This document shows, one piece after another, positions 40,543 through 51,302 of a stretch of DNA of 64,000 nucleotides (position 1 is its first letter; every line of letters begins with the position of its first letter). Position numbers and translations under genes: made by a program. The notes under the pieces were generated by a model. It saw nothing but the letters and a program-made list of their open reading frames with translations, did no database searches and was not told the DNA's origin. The stretch is from Candidatus Sumerlaeaceae bacterium (GTDB lineage Bacteria > Sumerlaeota > Sumerlaeia > Sumerlaeales > Sumerlaeaceae): positions 1-64,000 of the forward strand of contig JBPCLP010000058.1 of NCBI GenBank assembly GCA_051003195.1. Direction: 5' to 3'.

Positions 40543-41817
40543 GTGGCCGGTGAGAGCATACTCGTGGTGGATGACAGCGTCGCGGTACAGGAGCTGTGCA
40601 AAAACGTGCTGGAGAGCGGCGGTTACCGTGTCAGCGTTGCCTCCAACGGCGTGGCGGCGCTTTCGTACCCGGATTTACCCGACATCGACTTACTGATCAT
40701 CGATACTCACCTGCGCGATATCAGCGGTTATGAGGCCGCTAAACAGATCAAAACGGACGAGGAGCTATTCCGCAAGCCGGTACTTCTCCTGTTGCCGGAG
40801 GAAGCTTCGACGGACCGTGAGAGCCAGGATCTGCTCGGCGCGAATTCGTTTCTAAAGAAGCCATTTGAAGCCAATCACCTGCTGAACAAGGTGCAGATGC
40901 TGCTAGAGGAGAAAGAGATCCTCGAGCGCGGCCGCGAGTACTTGCGGAAAGCCGCTGATGACCTGATGAAGCGTATGGCAGAGACGCACATCCAGCAGGC
41001 AGTGGACCAGAAAACACAGATCATGATAGAGCGCGCCTTACAAATGGTTGTCACGCAAGTCGACTTGCGCGCTCGCCGCGAAGTGGACTCGAAGGTGACG
41101 CAGCTGACCACGGAGAAGGAACAGGAACTGGTGAAAGTGACTGTTCACGAAGTCGCCCGAAGCATGGTGGAAAAAATAGCCGAGAAGCGCGTAAAGGAGT
41201 CGATGGATCTTATCCTCCAGGACGAGACCGAGAAAGCGGTTCGACGCGCAGCTGAGAGCATTCTCCCAAACTCGGCACGCGAACGCGTTAAGGAAAGCAT
41301 TGAGCAGCTTTTGCCGAAGGAGGTTACTCGGCGCGTCGCAAAGGAAGCCGAGGACCTCGTTCCGGAGGCGTCACAGAAAGTGGTGCTGGTCATTGAATCT
41401 GCGGCCCAAAAGCTCGTGCCAAAAATCGCAAAAGACATCGTTGTGGAGCTGACCGATCGGCACCTCGCCTCGGCCATTGATTCGCAACTGCCCAGGCACG
41501 TCCAGGGAATGGTGGCGACAGAACTGGATGCACAGGTACGACTGAAGCTTGCGCCGTTGGTACGTGAGGCTACGGACAAGGTGCGCAAGCGGATAACGTT
41601 TCTGCTTACAACCATGCTGATCATATTGACGCTCGCGACAGGTTTGCTAGTCGCCGATTATTTATTTGGGCCCTTCATTCCCCGCAGGGAACGAGCCACG
41701 GTGAAGCAGCCAGTGACGGCGCAACCGGCGCCAAAAAACCCTCTGGAGGAATTGTTTGGCGGGCGTTTCAAGAAAGCCCTGCAACCGCCGGCTGAAGCCG
41801 AGGCTCCGAAGAAATAG
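40543..41817 (+). CDS. receiver-domain protein with long helical repeat region and C-terminal TM helix
   Basis: ILVVDDS, LIID, KKPF; repeated helix-LP motifs; hydrophobic stretch near the C-terminus; GGAGG ribosome-binding site. Confidence 0.8.
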   Translation: MAGESILVVDDSVAVQELCKNVLESGGYRVSVASNGVAALSYPDLPDIDLLIIDTHLRDISGYEAAKQIKTDEELFRKPVLLLLPEEASTDRESQDLLGANSFLKKPFEANHLLNKVQMLLEEKEILERGREYLRKAADDLMKRMAETHIQQAVDQKTQIMIERALQMVVTQVDLRARREVDSKVTQLTTEKEQELVKVTVHEVARSMVEKIAEKRVKESMDLILQDETEKAVRRAAESILPNSARERVKESIEQLLPKEVTRRVAKEAEDLVPEASQKVVLVIESAAQKLVPKIAKDIVVELTDRHLASAIDSQLPRHVQGMVATELDAQVRLKLAPLVREATDKVRKRITFLLTTMLIILTLATGLLVADYLFGPFIPRRERATVKQPVTAQPAPKNPLEELFGGRFKKALQPPAEAEAPKK

Positions 41818-41859
41818 CACGTTTGCGCACGTGCTGCAACCTGCGCTCCTGGCTTTTGA

Positions 41860-42312
41860 TCAGCAGCCGAACTGGCGCAGGTGATGATCCAGGTGCTTGC
41901 CCTGAATTCGAGCACAATATTCTAAAGTGATTTGCCCGAGTATCGGGCTTGAAACAAACTGCCCCGGGTCTGCAGAAACCCTATCTACAAACCGCCGTAT
42001 TACCGCAAAAAGTTGCGCTTTCTCCTCCTCAAAAGAACACAGTTCATCGTCGAGCATCCTTACCGGAGGATTGATTCTTCCCTTCGGCCACGGAAGAGCG
42101 ACCATCATCCAGCGAGCCGCTCCGGTGCGCGTAAACCTGTTGCTGAAGTCCGGTGCCGATCTTTCACCCAGAGGGACTTCCAACAGCTGGCGCACGTGAT
42201 TGAGCATCTGGTGCGCAGTCATCGAGCCCCACTGACGTGTCGAAGACTCAGAAAGCTGATTAAACCGATCAATGTAGCGCTGTAGTGATGTGGCTGTAAG
42301 GGGAATTGTCAT
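41860..42312 (-). CDS. DUF1569 / DinB-like protein
   Basis: RQWGSMT..QML.H, P..G, KHLDHHLRQFG. Confidence 0.85.
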   Translation of the reverse strand: MTIPLTATSLQRYIDRFNQLSESSTRQWGSMTAHQMLNHVRQLLEVPLGERSAPDFSNRFTRTGAARWMMVALPWPKGRINPPVRMLDDELCSFEEEKAQLFAVIRRFVDRVSADPGQFVSSPILGQITLEYCARIQGKHLDHHLRQFGC

Positions 42313-42412
42313 CCGTTATCGCCTCCATTTTTGATGCGACATACGCTTCGCGATGAAGACTGGCGGTGATTGGCTCTCGCCGCTCCACGACGACACTCCT
42401 GCAACAAAGCCG

Positions 42413-45388
42413 CTAAAGCAGTTCACGGAGAAAACGACCTGTATGGCTCGCATCAATAGCTGCCAGTTGTGCTGGCGGGCACGCTGCAACCAGGTATCCG
42501 CCGTCGTCGCCCGCTTCCGGACCAAGGTCGACGACCCAATCGGCATGGCGGATAATCTCGAGATTGTGCTCGATTACGATAAGCGAGTAACCAAGAGAGA
42601 CGAGCCGACGAAACACGCCGGCTAAAACGTAAAGATCGGCCAGGTGAAGACCTGTGGTGGGTTCGTCAAATATCATGAGCGTGCGCGGGCCGGCAGACGT
42701 GCTGCCGGACAAGTGCGATGCGAGTTTCAACCGCTGGGCTTCACCGCCCGAAAGCGTAGAAGTATTCTGGCCAAGCGTTAAATAACCCAGCCCGACTTCA
42801 CGGAGCGGCGCCAGCCGCCGGATCGCCGTGGTGTGCTCCTGAAAAAACTCGGTTGCATCATCAACGGTCATGCCGAGGATTTCATCGACGTTTTTACCTT
42901 TGTATTTTACCTCCAGGACGCGCGGCGAAAACCGTTTTCCGCCGCAAACCTCACATGGTAATGTGACTTCAGCCAGGAAGTGCATGTCGTAGGTCGTGAC
43001 GCCAGTGCCCTCGCACGCCTCGCAACGGCCACCTTGCACGTTGAAGGAGAATGCCGATTCTGTAATTCCCAGCGACCTGGCCTCGCGCGTCGATGCAAGC
43101 AGCTTTCGAATCGGATCATACGCTTTAACATACGTGACCGGGTTGGATCGTGTTGAACGTCCAATGGCAGACTGGTCGATCAGGCAAATTTCGTCGAGCT
43201 GCTCCAGGCCTTCGATGCGTTCGCAGGCACCGAGGTCCTCAACGGCGCGCTTTGCGTACTGATTGAAACCTTCGTATAACACATTGTGAATGAGCGTTGT
43301 TTTTCCACTGCCGGAGACACCCGTTACGCAGACCCATTTACCGAGTGGAATGTCGACGGTCACGTTTTTCAGGTTGTGCTCGCGAGCGGACACAATGCGC
43401 AGATGCGGGCCGGACAGTGCGTCCACGACTGAAGGATCCTGCAATGGGCGCTTTGATTTCGGTGTCCGTTTGACTGCTCCTGCCCCGTTGCTCTTTTGCA
43501 GGTACTTCGCAGTCAGGCCATGCGCCCCATTGCCTGTGAGCTGGGCAGGAGTTCCTTCAAAGACAAGTTCGCCGCCGCGAGACCCCGCAGCAGGGCCAAT
43601 GTCTAGAATACGGTCAGCTCCCAGAATGATCTCGGGGTCGTGCTCCACGACAACAAGGGTGTTTCCTTTGTCGCGAAGGTCGCGCAGGATTTCAAGAAGG
43701 CGGCGCGAATCGCGAGGGTGCAGGCCAACTGTCGGTTCGTCCAGCACGTAGAGGGTTTGCGTAAGGGCGGTGCCGAGTGCCGTCGCCAGGTTAATGCGCT
43801 GTGCTTCGCCTCCTGAAAGCGTTCGTGTTTGTCGATCCAGCGAGAGATATCCAAGGCCCACCCGAAAAAGGTAAGTCAGCCGTGCGGTAACCTCGCGATG
43901 CACGCGGCCATACAACTCCTCTTCGTGCGGCGTCAGCTTCATAGCATCCAGCTGCGCAAGCAAATCGCGGATGCTGAGGCGCAACAGTTGCCCGATGTGA
44001 CGCCGGGGCATCGAGCCATCCTGCGGCGCCCAGAAAACATTAAGCGCTTCGGGAACCAGCCTTGTTCCACGACAAGCCGGGCAGGCGGTGTAGCCCCTGT
44101 AGCGGGCGGTCAGGATACGCGACTGTACCTTGTACCGCTCTGAGTCCAGCCAGTCGAAAAAGGCCTGCACTCCCTCCAGTTTACCGCGGCCGAACTTTAT
44201 CAGGTCCAGCTGCTCTGGATCCAAATCCTGCAGCGCAACGTCCCACGGGATTTTGGCCGCCTTGATCGTCTCTCGAATCCATTTATAGTTTTTGCGATAG
44301 GAGGGGGAATTGAACGGCGCAACGAAGTCGTCACTGCAAGTCAGGGTCATGTCGGAAAAAACCTTGTCCCAATCCACGCCGGTGACGCGGCCAAAACCGC
44401 TGCACTTCGAGCATGCGCCCAGAGGAGAGTTGAAGGAGAAAAGGTTCGGTTCCGGGCGCGGGAAATCTCGTCCGCAACGATTGCAGCGAAAGCCAGAATG
44501 AAATACGAATCGAGAACCAACCGCCCCGGGCGCTGTCACCTCTGCGGGAACAATTTCAGCGGTGCCGCGTCCGGCCTGAAAAGCCGTGGCGATAGCTGAA
44601 GTAACGCGGTCGAGATCGTCTGGGGTGGCAACGAGGCGATCCACAATAACGCGTACGATGTCTGTGGATAGAGCGGTCTGGACTTCATCGGATGAAGCTT
44701 CGTCGAGATTGAGGAAAGCCCGACGCGGCGGCCCTTCTGCAGCAAGTGGAAGATCGTCAGCAACCGGGACAGATTTCCTGGTGCGGGATTTCGAGGGCTT
44801 TGCTGCCGATACAGCCTCGAGTGCCTGTGGTTGCAGATAAATCCGATTGAAGCCTGCGCGGACGAGCTCCGCTTTGAGTGCTTCGGCGGTCACTGTTTCA
44901 GAGCGCGGCACCGGTGCGATGATGTAGAGCCGCTGTTCAGACATCTGCGCGAGAAGCGATTGGGCGACCGACTGCGGCGAATCCTCACCAACCTCAAGCT
45001 GACAGTCGGGACATATCGTAACTCCCCCCTTGGCATACAGCAGGCGCAGGTAGTCGGCAATTTCCGTGGCCGTGCCGATGGTGGACCGCGCGTTTTTCAC
45101 CCGATTAATCTGTTCGATCGCGATGGCGGGCTGAACGTTTCGCACCTGGTCCACGTCGGGGCGTTCCATCTTTTCGATGAATTGCCGCGCGTAGGTGCTC
45201 ATGCTCTCAACGAAACGGCGCTGCCCCTCAGCGTAGAGCGTATCAAATGCGAGCGACGATTTCCCGCTGCCGGATGGACCCGTGATCACGGTGAGCTTTC
45301 CCAGCGGAATGTTCACCGAGATGTTCTTCAGGTTATGCGTGCGCGCACCGAGTATCTCGATCGACTTATTTAATGCGCGGGGGGACAC
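42413..45388 (-). CDS. uvrA: excinuclease ABC subunit A
   Basis: [31 protein letters not shown], Zn fingers, two LSGGEAQR motifs, DEPT, second Walker A GVSGSGKT. Confidence 0.97.
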   Translation of the reverse strand: MSPRALNKSIEILGARTHNLKNISVNIPLGKLTVITGPSGSGKSSLAFDTLYAEGQRRFVESMSTYARQFIEKMERPDVDQVRNVQPAIAIEQINRVKNARSTIGTATEIADYLRLLYAKGGVTICPDCQLEVGEDSPQSVAQSLLAQMSEQRLYIIAPVPRSETVTAEALKAELVRAGFNRIYLQPQALEAVSAAKPSKSRTRKSVPVADDLPLAAEGPPRRAFLNLDEASSDEVQTALSTDIVRVIVDRLVATPDDLDRVTSAIATAFQAGRGTAEIVPAEVTAPGAVGSRFVFHSGFRCNRCGRDFPRPEPNLFSFNSPLGACSKCSGFGRVTGVDWDKVFSDMTLTCSDDFVAPFNSPSYRKNYKWIRETIKAAKIPWDVALQDLDPEQLDLIKFGRGKLEGVQAFFDWLDSERYKVQSRILTARYRGYTACPACRGTRLVPEALNVFWAPQDGSMPRRHIGQLLRLSIRDLLAQLDAMKLTPHEEELYGRVHREVTARLTYLFRVGLGYLSLDRQTRTLSGGEAQRINLATALGTALTQTLYVLDEPTVGLHPRDSRRLLEILRDLRDKGNTLVVVEHDPEIILGADRILDIGPAAGSRGGELVFEGTPAQLTGNGAHGLTAKYLQKSNGAGAVKRTPKSKRPLQDPSVVDALSGPHLRIVSAREHNLKNVTVDIPLGKWVCVTGVSGSGKTTLIHNVLYEGFNQYAKRAVEDLGACERIEGLEQLDEICLIDQSAIGRSTRSNPVTYVKAYDPIRKLLASTREARSLGITESAFSFNVQGGRCEACEGTGVTTYDMHFLAEVTLPCEVCGGKRFSPRVLEVKYKGKNVDEILGMTVDDATEFFQEHTTAIRRLAPLREVGLGYLTLGQNTSTLSGGEAQRLKLASHLSGSTSAGPRTLMIFDEPTTGLHLADLYVLAGVFRRLVSLGYSLIVIEHNLEIIRHADWVVDLGPEAGDDGGYLVAACPPAQLAAIDASHTGRFLRELL

Positions 45389-45453
45389 CGGATTCTATAC
45401 AGATGCGCGGGGAAAAATTGCCCTTAACGTGCGACTGATTTTGACTACGCTCA

Positions 45454-46068
45454 TCATTTCTTTTTTGGCAGTACGGTGGCCACGAGTTTGTAGCAGAATC
45501 CGTTGTATGGCTCGCCGACGCTGACCGTGAGCAGTGCACCGTGTGGGCTGTGGGTGATTGGCACATCATCCTGCGTAACGGGAAGGTCGTACTGCTGTCC
45601 AGCGCAGGCAAAGCTGACCCTCAACTGGGAACTGCCACTGCTGGTTGGCCGCGTCGAGAGGTAGTATTTCTCCATTTCGAGCACGGCGAGCGAGCTGGCG
45701 AGGGCTGCACTTTCAGCCACTTTGTTCTGCGTGCATCCGAAGAGCGCCGGTCCGACAAGGCGGTTTGTGCGGACCAGCGCCAGGTCTGCTGCACTAATTC
45801 TTCGCACGTAACGCAACGGCTGGTTGGCGAAGAGCATGTCTTCCGGGTGAATGGGCGATGCCGCGGAGTCGCGCAGGTCGACGGCGAAGACATCCAGCGG
45901 CTGCACAAATCGTTCGATGTCGAGCTTGCACTGGGCGGGTGTCAGCTCGGTGTGCGGGGGCTTGCAGGCGAGCCGAACCCAGCCGCCGCCATCGGTGCGC
46001 AGGCCGGCTACGCAGCGCCCGCCGTGCTTTCGGGAGTTAGCGAGACATATGATTTCCGTCCAGGCCAT
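45454..46068 (-). CDS. dual-OB-fold-like protein
   Basis: [48 protein letters not shown] at 46068 just after the upstream stop. Confidence 0.72.
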   Translation of the reverse strand: MAWTEIICLANSRKHGGRCVAGLRTDGGGWVRLACKPPHTELTPAQCKLDIERFVQPLDVFAVDLRDSAASPIHPEDMLFANQPLRYVRRISAADLALVRTNRLVGPALFGCTQNKVAESAALASSLAVLEMEKYYLSTRPTSSGSSQLRVSFACAGQQYDLPVTQDDVPITHSPHGALLTVSVGEPYNGFCYKLVATVLPKKK

Positions 46069-46072
46069 GGCT

Positions 46073-46513
46073 TCACAGGTGGATGATTTTGACGTCGCCC
46101 CACTTGCATTGCAGGTGTTCGGCGACCAGGCGGCGATGGCAGTTATCGGGTTCGGGCTCTGAGCATAGAAGGACGGTGGGCTTTGCAAAGAAGTCGCGCG
46201 GGATGTGGTCCTCAATGCGGCGATCGGCAATCAGGGCGTTAAACTCGGTCTCGTACTCATCCCAGGGAATTGTCTTCCGCCGTTTGTACGCGGCCAACAT
46301 TTCTTCGGAAGGAGCGAGCAACGGCTCGTGCCGGTATTCAATGTCCGCAATTTCGTGCAGGAAATACTCGAGGTCCTGCTGCTTGGTAAAACCAGCCAGC
46401 TGAGATGCGTTGTGCAGTCGCACGTCCACGAGTCGCTTTATTCCAGATCCTCGAAGTATTCCGAAGAACTCTCGCGCTGTCTTTTTAGTAAACCCGATTG
46501 TATAGATTTCCAT
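46073..46513 (-). CDS. DUF488 family protein
   Basis: IYTIGFTKK, LVDVRL, SQLAGF, LLCSE..PDNCHRRLVAE. Confidence 0.88.
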   Translation of the reverse strand: MEIYTIGFTKKTAREFFGILRGSGIKRLVDVRLHNASQLAGFTKQQDLEYFLHEIADIEYRHEPLLAPSEEMLAAYKRRKTIPWDEYETEFNALIADRRIEDHIPRDFFAKPTVLLCSEPEPDNCHRRLVAEHLQCKWGDVKIIHL

Positions 46514-47061
46514 GTGCTTTCTTCCGGCTCGTCGAAGAGTACGTTAGCAAAACTTGGTTGAACAATTTTGGCGCGCTCGGCCTTGCGAATTTCGGTCTCC
46601 GGCTCGATGCGCTGATCGCCGCGGATGTGGAAAACATCGATGTCGCGGTCCATCAGCACGCGTGTGATCAGGTGTCGTCGGTGACACATAGACGGGTCTT
46701 CTTCGGAACACATCATGGCGACGCGCAGTTTTGTGGCGCCGGAGATCAGGCGGTCGATGCCGGACTGGAACGTCTCCAACGCGGCAATGCGATCATACAG
46801 TGCGTGCCCCTTTTCGTCATAAAAGTAATCGCTGTCCGGCTGACCGCCGAGTTCCTTGCCCAGGAAGACGTACTTGATGCCGGCGTGTTTCAGGAGTGCG
46901 CGGAGCGGGTCCTGTGAAAAGTGCGGGCAGTATTTCGAGTATGGCCTGCTGCGCACATCGGCAATGGCTTCGACGCCGTGCGCCCGCAGCAGCGCGAGAA
47001 ACTGGTCTTCCGTCTGGTTGGAGTGGCCGACGGAGAAGATGCGGAGGGGCTGATCACTCAT
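46438..47061 (-). CDS. DUF488 family protein
   Basis: IFSVGHSN, IADVRSRPYS, LGKELGG, MCSEEDP..CHR. Confidence 0.88.
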   Translation of the reverse strand: MSDQPLRIFSVGHSNQTEDQFLALLRAHGVEAIADVRSRPYSKYCPHFSQDPLRALLKHAGIKYVFLGKELGGQPDSDYFYDEKGHALYDRIAALETFQSGIDRLISGATKLRVAMMCSEEDPSMCHRRHLITRVLMDRDIDVFHIRGDQRIEPETEIRKAERAKIVQPSFANVLFDEPEESTWKSIQSGLLKRQRESSSEYFEDLE

Positions 47062-48100
47062 CGCGCTTGGTTTCTTCGCGACGCTTTGAAAGCTGTTTCA
47101 GTGCCTCGTCCAGAATCTCTGCATTAGCTGTTTCTGCGTCGGCTGCCAAGCGCCAGGTGTGAAATTTATCATATTCCTCCTGCGCGAGTCGGTCTGCTAC
47201 TTCGCGACTCACATGTCCTGGATTATCCAGTATATCGCGCTCGTTAAATTTCAGGAATGCATCCAGCCGGTTGCGCCAGTCACTCATGTAGAGCACGCGG
47301 CGCCGCTTGGCTTGGTCCTCAGCGTAATCTAGATACATTCCGACTATGCGGTTCAGCTCGTCTATCTCCTGGGCCTCCAGGTAGTTTTTCGCGACAGTGA
47401 CATCGGTTTTTCGAACTTTCGTTCCCTTCCAATTGGTCAATCCCATGTTCGGCTGTCGGTGGTCGGCACGCGAAGCGATCAACTCGGGTGCGGTGGCATG
47501 GGTCACTGTCCAAAGCAGCTTGTTCTGGATTGTCTGAAAGAACTGCTGCGTTTCCTCAGCATTTGGCTGGTAGTCCGCGGCGAGCGCAAAAATGTTGCGA
47601 ACCTTAAGATAGAGCCGTTTCTCACTGGAACGGATATCACGTATACGGTGAAGAAGCTCATCAAAGTAATCCGGAACGTCTGGCCCTGGCGGGTTCTTCA
47701 GACGTTCGTCATCCATGACGAAACCCTTAATCATATACTCTTTTAGCCGAACGGTCGCCCACTGCCGAAACTCGGTTCCTACGTGCGAACGTACGCGATA
47801 ACCGACCGCCAGAACCATTTCCAGGCTGTAGTGCTCGACCTCTCGCTCGATCTGGCGCTGGCCTTCCCTTTGAACTATTCGATACTTTCGAATAGTTGCC
47901 TTCGGATCAAGCTCGCCGTTTTCCAGAATGCTCTTAATATGGTAGTTAACTGTGTTAACTCCAACATTGTAGAGTTCGCCCATAAGTCGCTGCGTAAGCC
48001 ACAGGTTCGAGTCTATAAAACGACAATCTACCTGGACCGACCCATCGTCACGACGAAAAATTACTAGTTCCCCAATGGATTCGGAACTCTTGTACGCCAT
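47054..48100 (-). CDS. RhuM family protein
   Basis: LWLTQ..M.ELY, YSLEMVLAVGYRVRS..GTEFRQWA, KGFVMDDERLK, DYFDELL.RIRDIRSSE. Confidence 0.92.
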   Translation of the reverse strand: MAYKSSESIGELVIFRRDDGSVQVDCRFIDSNLWLTQRLMGELYNVGVNTVNYHIKSILENGELDPKATIRKYRIVQREGQRQIEREVEHYSLEMVLAVGYRVRSHVGTEFRQWATVRLKEYMIKGFVMDDERLKNPPGPDVPDYFDELLHRIRDIRSSEKRLYLKVRNIFALAADYQPNAEETQQFFQTIQNKLLWTVTHATAPELIASRADHRQPNMGLTNWKGTKVRKTDVTVAKNYLEAQEIDELNRIVGMYLDYAEDQAKRRRVLYMSDWRNRLDAFLKFNERDILDNPGHVSREVADRLAQEEYDKFHTWRLAADAETANAEILDEALKQLSKRREETKRDE

Positions 48101-48141
48101 TGTTTATCTCGCCACGTTAGAGCGCTGGATCTAAAACACAA

Positions 48142-49212
48142 CTACTCCTCGCCCGGTTTGCCGGCCAGCATGTCCGGGTTGATCTTTTCTTTGATGAGCT
48201 GTTCGATACGTGCGGCGAGTTCGGGGTGTTCGCGCAGGAACTGTTTTCCGTTCTCCCGTCCCTGGCCGATGCGCTCGCCTTCGAACGAGAACCATGCGCC
48301 GCTCTTTTCGATCACCTGGGATGTGACACCGAGATCCATCAGGTCCCCTTCACGCGAAATTCCTTCGCCAAACATGATATCGAATTCGGCTTCGCGGAAG
48401 GGAGGCGCCAACTTGTTCTTCACGACCTTCACGCGGCAGCGATTGCCGACGTTGTCCGTCCCTTCCTTGATGGAACCAATGCGGCGGATGTCGATGCGAA
48501 CCGACGAGTAGAACTTCAGCGCGCGACCGCCGGTCGTTGTCTCAGGGCTGCCGAACATCACGCCGATCTTCTCGCGGATCTGGTTAATGAAAATCACACA
48601 GGTCTTCGATTTGCTGATGGCGGCCGTCAGTTTGCGCAGTGCCTGGCTCATAAGGCGCGCCTGCAAGCCAACAAAGCTGTCACCCATCTCGCCTTCAATT
48701 TCGGCTTTGGGTACAAGCGCAGCGACTGAGTCGATCACGATCACATCCACGGCATTCGAACGAACGAGCGTCTCAGTGATGTCCAGTGCCTGCTCGCCCG
48801 TATCCGGCTGCGAAATCAGCAACTCGTCCACGTTGATACCCAGCTTGCGGCAATACCCGGGATCCATGGCATGCTCAGCATCGATGTATGCCGCCACGCC
48901 TCCCAGCTTCTGGGCGCTGGCGACGACATGCAGGGCGAGCGTCGTCTTTCCCGACGACTCGGGTCCATAGATTTCCACGACGCGGCCGCGCGGCATGCCC
49001 CACACACCCAGCGCACAGTCGATCGAGATGGAACCGGTCGGAATGACCTGCTGGCTCTCGTCGATCGACGATTCGCCATAGCGCATGATGGAGCCTTTGC
49101 CGTGATTGCGTTCTATCTGGGCAAGAGCCAGGTCGAGTGCTTTACTGCGGTTCTGGTCCATACGACTACCATTTGTCGATTCTACGGTATCTGCAGCGGC
49201 GCCACGTGCCAC
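48142..49212 (-). CDS. recA: recombinase A
   Basis: [51 protein letters not shown] 7 nt before the GTG start. Confidence 0.99.
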   Translation of the reverse strand: MARGAAADTVESTNGSRMDQNRSKALDLALAQIERNHGKGSIMRYGESSIDESQQVIPTGSISIDCALGVWGMPRGRVVEIYGPESSGKTTLALHVVASAQKLGGVAAYIDAEHAMDPGYCRKLGINVDELLISQPDTGEQALDITETLVRSNAVDVIVIDSVAALVPKAEIEGEMGDSFVGLQARLMSQALRKLTAAISKSKTCVIFINQIREKIGVMFGSPETTTGGRALKFYSSVRIDIRRIGSIKEGTDNVGNRCRVKVVKNKLAPPFREAEFDIMFGEGISREGDLMDLGVTSQVIEKSGAWFSFEGERIGQGRENGKQFLREHPELAARIEQLIKEKINPDMLAGKPGEE

Positions 49213-49287
49213 GGGAGTGCTCCTTTTGATCGGTGGTAGAACAGCTTATTGGTCCGGTATTGCAACCCGTAAACCGCCGGGGTCAAC

Positions 49288-49303
49288 TAGAAAATATGTT
49301 CTA
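49288..49303. promoter_or_regulatory. palindromic putative LexA (SOS) operator upstream of recA
   Basis: TAGAAAATATGTTCTA, one mismatch from GAAC-N4-GTTC, next to a TTGACC -35-like hexamer on the minus strand. Confidence 0.5.
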
Positions 49304-49542
49304 TAGCGATTTTCTCCAACTGGAGGTCTATTGGAATGCGGATTTTGAACGACACAGATACAGGACGCAGAGAAGAACCCTGAAGTTTCGTGGTTTCGAA
49401 ATCGTGTAATGTTGAATACTCACACTTGGTTCTATCCCGGTCGAAAAAATGGCATGAGGTGTTGTCACGGTTGGGGGCGCCGCTCTGGAAAAGTAAAGAG
49501 CGAAGGCCGCTGATGTATTTCCGACCTGCGCGAAGTGTTAGC

Positions 49543-51105
49543 CTATCCGCGGGCAGGCATTTTGGCGATTGTGTCGAGAAAGGTTTCGTTGGGAAACAAC
49601 TGTTCTTTCTGAATCGCATTTCCGACAATTTGCCTGTAATAGGAGAGAGTCGCATCGCGACAATGCTTTTCAAAATTCCGAAACAGCACAGACGCAGGGA
49701 CATCGGGCGGATTGAAAGTGGCCTTCAACTCCAGGCTTTCTGCCGCGGCGATTCGGTCACCGGTGCTCGGGTGTGTATCAAACAACCCGGTTTTTGCATG
49801 CCGCATGGCGGAGTCGGCGTTCTGCAGCGCGTAATCGGGTATCTGCGGGACGTTGTGTAAGCATAGTTCCGGAAAGTTCCGCGGCAGGGTAAACTTGCCG
49901 AATCCACGTGCGAGATCACCGTGGGCCCCCTGTGCGGCCATGTTGAGTTCGAGCATCTTCTTTGAAGTTTTCTGAAATTCATCGCTTCCTGCGAGGAACG
50001 CCCCGTACCTGTCCGCCGCGAATTCCTGCTGCCGGGACATGAAACTGCTGATGACGAACCCGAGGTACATTAGCAGCCAAAGTATTCCGCGGCTAACCCA
50101 AATTCCTATGTGTGCGGGCCAGAAAAGCGGAGCGACCTGGATAGGCAGGCCTTTGGTGAGCGCAACGAGAGCTGCGTCCCAGGAGTCGCGCTGGTACACG
50201 ACGCGGGCAAACCAGATATTTACGGTCCAGATGATCTGGGACAGTCGCATGCCGGCGCCCTGGGCAAAGTGACCGAACTCGTGCGCAAGCACTCCGGAGA
50301 ATTGTCGCAGGTTCATTCCAGATGCCAGGGGAAGTCCGATGGTGAGTACGAGGTCGGCTGGCAAAAAAATGCTCCAAAGGCCATACCGAAGCGAGGCGGA
50401 TGCATTGGCTTGGCAATCGACGTCAATACGCCTTGGGGCGGCGGTGCCCAGCAATTGGCAAAGCCTGTCGACAAAGGCGAATAGAACGGGCTCTTCTTCG
50501 CGCCGCAAGCTGATGGGTGCGTCGGCTTTCACGCTTCTGGCCAGTAACGGCTTCACCATGAAGAGCGCGACAACGCTGCCTCCAATGAGCGGAGCGAAGT
50601 AGAGAAACAGTTTCGCGCGGGTGCCAAACTGCGGATCGTGGAGGATGTTGCTGAAACTGGTGGCGTACCAGTATACGCCATAAGCCGATGCGCCTACGAG
50701 GGCCAAGTAAATACATGGAAGCACCACCATACAGATGGCCATAAACAGCAGGGCGACAAGATAGAAGAAGGAGGTGGCGTGGCGTGGCGGGCTTCCCGTT
50801 AACATGGCCAGCAGTTGCTGTGCGTGTTCCTTGTTGATGCCGGGCTGAAAGCTGGAAACTTCGGGAGGAGCTGTCTTTGTGACGGTGGCAGAACGCGCTG
50901 ACGATGCTGGCATGGTGGGACTGACAACAGGCGCTGTAACACCGAGTTGAGGATTCACTATGGCTGGCTGTTGTGTGTCGCGCGATGGCGCAGTCTTTTT
51001 TCGCCGCTGCATGTAAACGGTTGCGATCGCCCCAACCAGAAAGCCGCCGGTGATTACCCCGACCAGCAGCAGGTTTTCGAGTATCCAATAGAACAGATCA
51101 ATCAT
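49543..51105 (-). CDS. M48 family membrane zinc metallopeptidase (HtpX-like)
   Basis: ANASA, LTIGLPL, LAHEFGH, SRQQEFAAD, THPS..DRI. Confidence 0.88.
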   Translation of the reverse strand: MIDLFYWILENLLLVGVITGGFLVGAIATVYMQRRKKTAPSRDTQQPAIVNPQLGVTAPVVSPTMPASSARSATVTKTAPPEVSSFQPGINKEHAQQLLAMLTGSPPRHATSFFYLVALLFMAICMVVLPCIYLALVGASAYGVYWYATSFSNILHDPQFGTRAKLFLYFAPLIGGSVVALFMVKPLLARSVKADAPISLRREEEPVLFAFVDRLCQLLGTAAPRRIDVDCQANASASLRYGLWSIFLPADLVLTIGLPLASGMNLRQFSGVLAHEFGHFAQGAGMRLSQIIWTVNIWFARVVYQRDSWDAALVALTKGLPIQVAPLFWPAHIGIWVSRGILWLLMYLGFVISSFMSRQQEFAADRYGAFLAGSDEFQKTSKKMLELNMAAQGAHGDLARGFGKFTLPRNFPELCLHNVPQIPDYALQNADSAMRHAKTGLFDTHPSTGDRIAAAESLELKATFNPPDVPASVLFRNFEKHCRDATLSYYRQIVGNAIQKEQLFPNETFLDTIAKMPARG

Positions 51106-51302
51106 GCGCCCTGCGTTTGTCCAATCGCCATTCGAGTTGTGTTTTTCCCCGCTCGATCTTCTACGTATTCTCCATCTGGATTAATTACGATATCAAACAC
51201 TTCTGGTTCATCTACTTCGTGGTTGTAGATGTGCGGCTCCCCAGTTTCGGGAACTGGGTAGAATCGAATCTGGTCTTCGCTCCGCTGGCCGCGGTGCCAT
51301 TG

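Noticed and set aside
46069..46230. 5' extension of the dual-OB ORF
   Set aside because: It overlaps the DUF488 gene; conserved-looking sequence begins at the ATG at 46068
49287..49703. Frameshifted continuation of the M48 peptidase
   Set aside because: The peptidase already contains all M48 motifs, and the overlapping ORF is not protein-like and runs into the recA promoter
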